64,000 nucleotides of DNA from a virus. Positions 36,898-44,803 of the stretch are shown here, piece by piece. Location: IMG/VR virus record IMGVR_UViG_3300028549_000563, positions 1 to 64,000 of that record; one strand, 5' to 3'. Position 1 is the first letter of the stretch. Every line of letters starts with the position of its first letter. The position numbers and the translations under genes were made by a program. The notes below the pieces were generated by a model. The model saw only the letters and a list, made by a program, of their open reading frames with translations, did no database searches and was not told where the DNA came from.

Positions 36898-37889
36898 AAA
36901 AGTATTACTATTTTTATTTACGTGGACACAGTGAGCTTCAATGGAAATTGAATGCACTGGTACAATTGGCGAGGCATTCACTTATAGGGCATGGAGATGA
37001 TTCTAGCTTAGATGATATAATCAAAGCAATAAAACATGCTGGTAGTATACGATCGGTTATCAGTTCAGAATTAATGGAAAAAATTGTATCTGCATTTTTT
37101 ATATATTTTGAGCATAATGAAAGTTATAAATCTTTTCCAAGAGAAAAGATAGATTTCGAATACCTAGAAACTAAAGAATCTTTAGAAGCTATTGGTAATG
37201 CCATAAATGGAGGATATCAATATAGACGCACAGGAAAATTTATAGTACTGGAAGGTACTGATGGAATTGGAAAGAGTACAGTACAAGGTCTTGTTCCATT
37301 ATTATATGCATCGAATATGATAGAAACAAGAGAACCTGGAGGAACTCCTTTGAGTGAAGACATAAGAGATATGCTTCTTAGTAAAAAATATATTGATACA
37401 TTTTCTAATAAGGCTGAACTATTATTGTACTATGCATCCAGAGTACAACATATTGAAGAAAAGATTATTCCAGCTAGAGAAGCAGGATATGATATATTCT
37501 CCTCTAGATTTTATGATTCATCGTATGCATATCAAGTTGCAGGTAGAGGATTAGATAAAATACATGTTGATAATCTTACTGAATTTGTATGTGATCATTT
37601 ATTAAGTTATCCTACGTTAGTTATATCTATGTATGTTGATGATATTCAGACTGTACTGGATAGAACAGATATGCGTGGAGATGAAAGAGATAGATTAGAA
37701 TCTGCCGGATTAGATTTCTTAAAAAACACAAATGAATATTATAAGACACTACGCCGTCCATATGGCAGATCTTCAAGTCTTGTTGAATTAAATTATGAGA
37801 TTATTCCTATAGAATGTTCAGGCTCTAAAGAAAGTATTAGTGAAGCTGCTAGAACTTGTATAGATTGTCATTTAAGAATAAGAAGATAA
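36894..37889 (+). CDS. tmk: thymidylate (dTMP) kinase domain with about 110-aa N-terminal extension
   Basis: FIVLEGTDGIGKST (P-loop), TREPGGTPLSEDIR, ASRVQH...DIFSSRFYDSSYAYQ. Confidence 0.75.
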   Translation: MKKYYYFYLRGHSELQWKLNALVQLARHSLIGHGDDSSLDDIIKAIKHAGSIRSVISSELMEKIVSAFFIYFEHNESYKSFPREKIDFEYLETKESLEAIGNAINGGYQYRRTGKFIVLEGTDGIGKSTVQGLVPLLYASNMIETREPGGTPLSEDIRDMLLSKKYIDTFSNKAELLLYYASRVQHIEEKIIPAREAGYDIFSSRFYDSSYAYQVAGRGLDKIHVDNLTEFVCDHLLSYPTLVISMYVDDIQTVLDRTDMRGDERDRLESAGLDFLKNTNEYYKTLRRPYGRSSSLVELNYEIIPIECSGSKESISEAARTCIDCHLRIRR

Positions 37890-37900
37890 TAAATATGTAG

Positions 37901-37939
37901 AATACATACCTCTATTAGAGGTATGTATTTTTATTTTTA
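37901..37939 (+). terminator. hairpin terminator
   Basis: aatacatacctct / att / agaggtatgtatt followed by a T-run. Confidence 0.75.
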
Positions 37940-37982
37940 TAAGTATAATAACTCTATATTAATATATAAAGAGGTGATTAGA

Positions 37983-40709
37983 ATGAAAATAGAATATATA
38001 AAATTAATAAATTATGTTGGAATTTATAATGGTCTCGGTTTAGAGGATATAGAAATAAATCTATCTAAAGCTAAATCTAAAATAATATTAATTAGAGGAT
38101 TGAATGGTAGCGGTAAGACTACTATACTAAATTCTTTGTCTCCACTTCCAGATAATAATGACAGTATACTTAAGAATAGAGAAGGAGTTAAACTTATAAA
38201 AATATCTCATAATGATTTTTTATATAGTATTAGGATAGATCATCCTGTTAAGACTAATGGTGAGCGTGGAATCATTAGAGCAACTATACAAAAAAGCTAT
38301 GACGGCGGAAAAGATGTGGAACTAAATCCAAATGGAAATATAACCACATATAAAGAAATCATAAGTTCAGAATTTGGATTAGATTCTAATTTCGAAATAT
38401 TAAGTAGATTAAGTACTGAAGATAAAGGGATAGCTAGTAAGACTCCATCTGAAAGAAAATTATTTGTTAATAATATACTTGAAGAATTGAATGATTATAA
38501 TAATATTCATAAGACTATCGTTAAGCGTTCATCAATGTTTAAATCAATGGTCAATAGATTGGAATCTAAGATTGAGCGTATTGGTAACCCAGAAGAGTTA
38601 AAGTTAACTTTACAATCTATAGAGCATCGATTAGATTCTATGAATTCAGAGAGAGATAATATTAATAAAAGTATTGCGAATATATCTGCAGAAATAAATA
38701 TGGTAGACCCAGGTGGTAATGTACAAGCTAGGTCTCAAGATATTTATAATAAAATAGAAATTTTAAACAAAGCATTAGTAACCAACGATAAAGCTCTTTC
38801 CAAGTATACAGATTTAAAAGATATAGATAATATTCAAATGATTAAAGAAACAGATAGAATATCTAGACAGCTTACAATACTTGAAAATCAAATAAATAAT
38901 ATGGAAGAAGTAATTACAAGAAATCTTAGAGAACGAGAAGAAGATATGAAAGAAATACAAATAAAAACTTCTAAATTAAATTCACTATATGATCAAAGTA
39001 ATTATACTGTATTATTAAATGGTATAAATGAATTAGAAGAAAATATTAAGGAATGGAATTCTATACTCATTGAAATAGGTTATGATATAAAGGGAGAAAT
39101 TAATTTAACGAAAGATGAGTATCTTTTAGGTATAAACACCTTGAGAGATATAAAAGAGATTATTGATACATTTAGATCTGGCATGGAGTATAATGTAATA
39201 GAAACTACAATAAATGAATTTGTATTAAATGGTTTAAATCCTGATAAAGAGTATTATTCTAAGATGGATGATTTAGATAAAATCAAATTATCTATTGAAT
39301 CTTATAATTTAGAATTAAGCGGATGGAAAGCCAAACTTAATATAATGAAATCTTTAGAACTCAGACCAACTAATTGTAAAATAGATTCTTGTGCATTTAT
39401 AAAGGAATCTCTAGATATATCAAAAGAAAATCCAGAATCTAGAATTGCTAAGCTTGAGGATCTGATTTATAATGTCACAAATGATAAGATATTATGTGAA
39501 AATAATATAAGTATTATACGTTCGATATTAGAATGCTATAATTATATATCTAGAATAGTAAGACTTATCAATAGTAATAAGAGTATATTATTAAAATTGC
39601 CTACAGCTGAGATGTTTACAGATTCTAATGAATTCTTAAAAAGAATACTTAGAAATGATAAGTTTAAAGAGATTGAAACTATACAGCAATATATACAATA
39701 TTGTGACATATTTTCAATGTATAATATTTCTAAGAATAAGCTATATAGATTAAAATCCGATCTTAAGGTTTTCGAATCCAAAGAAGAATTGATAAATGAA
39801 ATTTTATTAGATTTGGATAAACTTAATTCTAGAGTAGATACTATGAGTAAAGATATAGAATCTATAAGAAATTCTATATTTGAAAAAAGAAAGTTGTATC
39901 AAGATACCGATGATAAGATTAAAATATATAAATCTATTATAGAAATAGTAGCTTCTAATGAAACAATAATTAGTGAAAAGAATTTATTATTAACAGAGTT
40001 TAAACTAATTAAAGACTCTATAGAAGCAGTATCCTCATTAAAAAATACATTAAATCTACATATGAATAGATTGAAGTCTATAGACTCTGATATACCATCT
40101 GTAACTGAAGATAGGGATACTATAAAATATAATTTAAGACAATTAAAAGAATTCAAGATCGAGTACGATGAATATTTATTAAAGTATAATAAAATACAAG
40201 AAATTAAATTTCATTCATCTCCTACAACTGGCATTCAATTAATATTCATTAAATTATATATGAGTAATACTATAAATCTAGCTAATAACTTATTAGCCAT
40301 GCTATTTGATGGAGAGTATTTTATAGAACCTTTTATTATAAATGATAGAGAATTTAGAATACCGTGTAGAGGTAATGGTGCACTTAATGATGATATATCT
40401 TCTATGTCAACTGGTCAAATATCTATGATAGCAATGGTATTAAGTTTTGTAATGCTTAAACAAGCCGCCACAGATTATAATATAATCAGATTAGATGAAA
40501 TAGATGCTGGGTTAGATAGTATAAATAGGGTTAAGATTCTATTACTTCTAGAAAAACAAATGGATTTACTACAAGTAGAACAATGTAACATGATTTCACA
40601 TAATCAAGAACTAGATATATCCAACTGTTCTATTATAATGCTTAAAATGGATGAAAGTGAGAAGGCTAGTATACACAATTCTGGAGCAAATATTATTTAT
40701 GAGTACTAA
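37983..40709 (+). CDS. Rad50/SbcC (T4 gp46-like) SMC-type ATPase
   Basis: GLNGSGKTT (Walker A), long coiled-coil middle, MSTGQISM (signature), IIRLDEIDAGLD (Walker B), MISHN (H-loop). SD AGAGGTG precedes ATG 37983. Confidence 0.75.
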   Translation: MKIEYIKLINYVGIYNGLGLEDIEINLSKAKSKIILIRGLNGSGKTTILNSLSPLPDNNDSILKNREGVKLIKISHNDFLYSIRIDHPVKTNGERGIIRATIQKSYDGGKDVELNPNGNITTYKEIISSEFGLDSNFEILSRLSTEDKGIASKTPSERKLFVNNILEELNDYNNIHKTIVKRSSMFKSMVNRLESKIERIGNPEELKLTLQSIEHRLDSMNSERDNINKSIANISAEINMVDPGGNVQARSQDIYNKIEILNKALVTNDKALSKYTDLKDIDNIQMIKETDRISRQLTILENQINNMEEVITRNLREREEDMKEIQIKTSKLNSLYDQSNYTVLLNGINELEENIKEWNSILIEIGYDIKGEINLTKDEYLLGINTLRDIKEIIDTFRSGMEYNVIETTINEFVLNGLNPDKEYYSKMDDLDKIKLSIESYNLELSGWKAKLNIMKSLELRPTNCKIDSCAFIKESLDISKENPESRIAKLEDLIYNVTNDKILCENNISIIRSILECYNYISRIVRLINSNKSILLKLPTAEMFTDSNEFLKRILRNDKFKEIETIQQYIQYCDIFSMYNISKNKLYRLKSDLKVFESKEELINEILLDLDKLNSRVDTMSKDIESIRNSIFEKRKLYQDTDDKIKIYKSIIEIVASNETIISEKNLLLTEFKLIKDSIEAVSSLKNTLNLHMNRLKSIDSDIPSVTEDRDTIKYNLRQLKEFKIEYDEYLLKYNKIQEIKFHSSPTTGIQLIFIKLYMSNTINLANNLLAMLFDGEYFIEPFIINDREFRIPCRGNGALNDDISSMSTGQISMIAMVLSFVMLKQAATDYNIIRLDEIDAGLDSINRVKILLLLEKQMDLLQVEQCNMISHNQELDISNCSIIMLKMDESEKASIHNSGANIIYEY

Positions 40710-40780
40710 CATATTATTACATAAAACCAACTAGTAGTGTGTATTATAAAACATAAATTATTAGACCTCCTTCCTTCTCA

Positions 40781-40989
40781 TATATTACCTTTCATGTGTT
40801 TTGATGATTTTCATGTGGGTTTTATAATGCACACTATTTTGATATAGAACATGGACCTAGGGTATTTCCCTAGGTCCATAAATTTGATCTTATAACATAC
40901 CTATAAGGAATTTGACATATGTTCCTTAACATTGGTTAGGATTTTCTTCTCATGAAAAGGGTGTTGCTATTAGCAACACCCTCCTTTTT
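40781..40989 (+). ncRNA. candidate small structured RNA (promoter-like box, three hairpins, terminator)
   Basis: TATATTACC-N4-ATG box at 40781-40796; 12-bp hairpin at 40851-40879; 7-bp hairpin at 40904-40928; terminator at 40959-40989. No SD-supported ORF. Confidence 0.25.
40959..40989. terminator. bidirectional terminator
   Basis: gggtgttgct / att / agcaacaccc flanked by AAAA and TTTTT. Confidence 0.75.
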
Positions 40990-40993
40990 ATGT

Positions 40994-41953
40994 TTAATAT
41001 TTTTCTAATGAACCGTCATTACCCACTACAATTAGTTTATATGTTGTATCTAGATTAGTATTACGTGCAATCATGTTATTAACATCGATCATTGTATCTT
41101 CTAGGAACATATTGTCTGGACGTTCTACGTCTGGAATAGATGCCCCAGTTCGTAAGTCCATAACATCAAACCATCTTCGTCCACTTGACCTATCATAAAC
41201 CACTACAGTTTTAATATTAGGGTCGGATTCATATCTCATAGTTTTCAATACAGGTGTCATATTTTGTTGATATTGTTGATAACCATATGCGCTATCTCCT
41301 AGAGGCGAGTTGTATACACCGTATCCTCCTGTAATATCCATAATGGATGGAGCGTTAAACGCTTGTGTTCCTCCTGGTGTAGATATAAATGCATTGTACA
41401 TATCCAATATAGCACCATCATCATTTTTCTTTTCAGATTGAATGGTATTGAGATCTTTAAGTCTTTTAAGTTCAAGATTATGTGCCTGACTAATAGAGCT
41501 ATTCATTTCACGAATAGCTGTAATTTTCGTGCTCATAAGACTACTGAGTGTATTGGCTAATTGTGGTATATAAACATACTTACCTTTAATTGTTTTTGAT
41601 GCCCTTACAGTATCTAGATCGTGTTTAACCTCTCCGGCTATCTGATCTATTTGGCCTACAGCATTTCGCAGCAAAGCAGAAGTCTCATCATATGTATCCC
41701 CATAAGATGCATTTGTTTCCACCATACCAAGAACTCTTGAACTTGTATGGTCCTCTGTATCTTCAACTGTAACTATTTCTGCTCCACTTGGAAGAGTCTT
41801 AGTAGTTTTTTTCTTTTTCGGTTTTGTTTCTTCTACTCTTGGCTCTACCGAAGTAGATGCTATTCGTCTAAAGTCTATTGGCGCTCTTTCAATTGTTATC
41901 TCTTCATTTGGACTGTTCTCGATTACTATTTCAAACGGTTGTCTTGGTACCAT
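40994..41953 (-). CDS. hypothetical protein with N-terminal RQPFEIV
   Basis: 319-aa ORF, SD AAGGAGGT. Confidence 0.55.
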   Translation of the reverse strand: MVPRQPFEIVIENSPNEEITIERAPIDFRRIASTSVEPRVEETKPKKKKTTKTLPSGAEIVTVEDTEDHTSSRVLGMVETNASYGDTYDETSALLRNAVGQIDQIAGEVKHDLDTVRASKTIKGKYVYIPQLANTLSSLMSTKITAIREMNSSISQAHNLELKRLKDLNTIQSEKKNDDGAILDMYNAFISTPGGTQAFNAPSIMDITGGYGVYNSPLGDSAYGYQQYQQNMTPVLKTMRYESDPNIKTVVVYDRSSGRRWFDVMDLRTGASIPDVERPDNMFLEDTMIDVNNMIARNTNLDTTYKLIVVGNDGSLEKY

Positions 41954-41981
41954 AATGTATTACCTCCTTATAGATTTCATT

Positions 41982-41993
41982 TATATGTATGTT
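41982..41993 (-). promoter_or_regulatory. AACA-N6-TA promoter-like motif
   Basis: aacatacatata, 29 nt before ATG 41953. Confidence 0.45.
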
Positions 41994-42111
41994 TAAAATA
42001 TTAAATTTAATATATGCAAAAACATATATATAATGAGTAATTGTACCATTTTAGGTATTATTAGATATATCTTTGGTATATGGTTTAAATATAATTTTAT
42101 GTATTATACAA

Positions 42112-42123
42112 AACATAAAAGTA
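42112..42123 (+). promoter_or_regulatory. AACA-N6-TA promoter-like motif
   Basis: aacataaaagta, 32 nt before ATG 42155; a second copy aacatatatata lies at 42021-42032. Confidence 0.45.
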
Positions 42124-42154
42124 ATAGATATTATAGAAAGAGGTGGCATATTTT

Positions 42155-44098
42155 ATGAAAGATTTAATTCCAGGTTATCCGGCCGGTTCGGAATTAATTT
42201 TATTAGATACGATATACTATAAATCAAAAAGACAGGAAGATGGAAAATATAGTAAAGATGCACTTACCTTAATACTGAAAGATCCAAATAAAAACATTAA
42301 ATTTCAGCATACAATGATTGAGCCTACATATGAATTTTATGTAGCAAAAGATGATGTTCCAATAGATCATAATATGTTATTTATTGAGTATAGTAAGGTA
42401 AATTTAGTTACTGTAAAATATAATAATTTGCTTAAAGAATTGGCAACTATTAGTGACAACTTAGAATTCTATTATGATAACTTGAAAAGTAGAAACTCTA
42501 GAGCTAATAATATATTATTCACATATAAAAGAGTATTCAATGCAGATATGGATATTGAAGATAATATTAGGTTTAGATTCAATAGAACTTATAGACAACC
42601 TATAGTACCTATAACAAAATCTTATTTTGACATCGAGGTAGATACAAAACATATGGCTTTAGACTTTCCAGAATTAGGGGAATGTCCTATAAACGCTGTA
42701 ACTATTTTAAATGATAATACTGGAAGTAAGCGTACAGACGTTTATACCTTATTATTAAGAGAAGATACTAATCCTCTAATAGCAGAGTTTGAGAGAAGTA
42801 TAGGTACCGCTAGTGGATTTAGAAAATTTATGGGATATGTAAAAAATAAATTATTGGCATCCTGTGATAATAATCCTGATACAATTAAAAAATTAGGACT
42901 AGATGATTTAAATATCAAAGTTAGATTCTATGATGATGAAATGGAATTAATTCAGGATACAATAGGATTATTTCATATGATTAATGCTGATTATATTTTA
43001 GCTTGGAATATGTCTTTCGATATTCCATATATAATTGAACGTATAAGAGCATTAGGATACATTCCTGAAGATATTATGTCTCATCCAGACTTTCCAATTA
43101 AATCTGCATATTATTTTGAAGATAAATTTACGATGGAAGGTGAAATGAAGAATCATGAAGATCGAGGAGACTTTGCCAGAATAAGTTCTTACTCAGTATT
43201 TCTTGATCAACTTATACATTTTACAAGTAGACGTAAAGGTACATCTAAATTTAAAACTAATAAATTAGATTATATCGGTGAAGTTATTGCTGGTATTAAG
43301 AAATTGGATTATAGTCATATAACAAGAAATATTGCTACACTTTGTTATGACAATTACAAGATATTTACAGTATATAATATTATAGATACATTGGTATTAA
43401 AAGGTATTGAAAAGAAGACTGGAGATATAGAATTCGTTGCAAGAAAGTCTGCAATGAATAACACAAGATATTCTAAAGTTCACAGGCAGACAATATACTT
43501 AACAAATAGAACTATTAAAGAATTCTATGCAGAAGGATTTGTTATTGGTAATAATGTCAATAAGTTTAAACCTAAACCTACAGAGAAATTTGTTGGCGCA
43601 GTAGTTGGAGACCCATTGAATTTCGAACAAGATTACATGTTAACAATTCATGGAATAGATACAAGACTATTGGCAAATGCGGATGACTTTGACTTCTCAT
43701 CTCTATATCCAAGTATTATGGATGAATTTAATCTTGCACCTAATACAGAGATAGCTAGAATAATCATGGTAGAACATCTCAATTCCGATTTCAATCCATT
43801 TGGAAATGATAAGTATACCACAGGCGGTTCATTTATTGAAGATTATATTTCTGAAAATATAATAGAATTCTGTAGGAGATGGTTTGGTGCTCCTGATATT
43901 AAAGAAATGATATGTTTAGTAAAAGAGTATTTTGATAATACTGGTAATAAAGATCAATATGGATATTATGATTATAAGACTGGATTGGTATCTCCATTTT
44001 ATATTGATAGTGCTGGATATTCTCCATTTGAAATAATTAAAGAAGAGTATAATCCATTCTTTATAAGCACTCAAATACCAGAAAGAGGTTATGTATGA
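42155..44098 (+). CDS. family-B DNA polymerase, N-terminal fragment (3-5 exonuclease plus palm motif A)
   Basis: FDIEVD (Exo I), AWNMSFDIPY (Exo II), YNIIDTLVL (Exo III), FDFSSLYPSIM (motif A). No motif B or C. SD AGAGGTGG precedes ATG 42155. The tail holds three PF-x-I motifs. Confidence 0.85.
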   Translation: MKDLIPGYPAGSELILLDTIYYKSKRQEDGKYSKDALTLILKDPNKNIKFQHTMIEPTYEFYVAKDDVPIDHNMLFIEYSKVNLVTVKYNNLLKELATISDNLEFYYDNLKSRNSRANNILFTYKRVFNADMDIEDNIRFRFNRTYRQPIVPITKSYFDIEVDTKHMALDFPELGECPINAVTILNDNTGSKRTDVYTLLLREDTNPLIAEFERSIGTASGFRKFMGYVKNKLLASCDNNPDTIKKLGLDDLNIKVRFYDDEMELIQDTIGLFHMINADYILAWNMSFDIPYIIERIRALGYIPEDIMSHPDFPIKSAYYFEDKFTMEGEMKNHEDRGDFARISSYSVFLDQLIHFTSRRKGTSKFKTNKLDYIGEVIAGIKKLDYSHITRNIATLCYDNYKIFTVYNIIDTLVLKGIEKKTGDIEFVARKSAMNNTRYSKVHRQTIYLTNRTIKEFYAEGFVIGNNVNKFKPKPTEKFVGAVVGDPLNFEQDYMLTIHGIDTRLLANADDFDFSSLYPSIMDEFNLAPNTEIARIIMVEHLNSDFNPFGNDKYTTGGSFIEDYISENIIEFCRRWFGAPDIKEMICLVKEYFDNTGNKDQYGYYDYKTGLVSPFYIDSAGYSPFEIIKEEYNPFFISTQIPERGYV

Positions 44099-44715
44099 TA
44101 ATATTAGAAACTCAAAAAGTATTATTAGAAATAATTAAGCTATCTAATTCAGGGATAGTCATCTTTAAAGATGACGAATCCCTTTTAGTAAACTTTATTG
44201 ATGTAGCATTTAATTCTTGCATGATACAAAAATTAAATGTAAATCCATTTAAAGGTTTATCTAATATAATATCTTTTACTACAGATAGTTTAGATTTATT
44301 AAAGTCACAAAAATCTGATATATATTTTGATGGACGTAATATAATATCAGGAGATTACATGGCTAAACCATTATCTGATAATAATAGTGTAGTTCTTAAA
44401 TATATACATAATTTTAATATTGATTATAGTCTGAGATCATTAGATGCAACTATTGAAGATATTAAAGCAGATAATGCATTCGTAGAAATAATTGGTGGTA
44501 GAGCCGACGATGGGGCCACTATGTATCGAGTTCAAGGAAAAAATAGATTATATTATATGTCTATATATTCAAATATGCTCCCGATAAATAAACCAGATAA
44601 AGCCTCTTTAGATATTTATGATGATGGAAATATATCATTTATAACTAAATTCACCATTAAAAAGAAATTATTTACGATAAGTGTATACGTTAGATATGCA
44701 CATATAAGAAGATAA
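44095..44715 (+). CDS. possible gp45-like sliding clamp
   Basis: ATGA overlap with the DNAP fragment. Its 206 aa matches the size of two-domain clamp protomers. LLEIIKLSNSGIVIFKDD resembles T4 gp45 LLKNFATINSGIMLKSGQ (from memory, weak). Confidence 0.35.
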   Translation: MIILETQKVLLEIIKLSNSGIVIFKDDESLLVNFIDVAFNSCMIQKLNVNPFKGLSNIISFTTDSLDLLKSQKSDIYFDGRNIISGDYMAKPLSDNNSVVLKYIHNFNIDYSLRSLDATIEDIKADNAFVEIIGGRADDGATMYRVQGKNRLYYMSIYSNMLPINKPDKASLDIYDDGNISFITKFTIKKKLFTISVYVRYAHIRR

Positions 44716-44734
44716 GGATATTCCTTATCTTCTT
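44706..44734 (+). terminator. hairpin
   Basis: 13-bp stem aagaagataagga / tccttatcttctt; weak T-run. Confidence 0.5.
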
Positions 44735-44761
44735 ATTAACACCATTATAATTAATGTCAAT

Positions 44762-44773
44762 AACATCATATTA
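44762..44773 (+). promoter_or_regulatory. AACA-N6-TA promoter-like motif
   Basis: aacatcatatta, 31 nt before TTG 44804. Confidence 0.45.
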
Positions 44774-44803
44774 AGATTATAAAATAAAAAGGAGTTGATT
44801 ATT

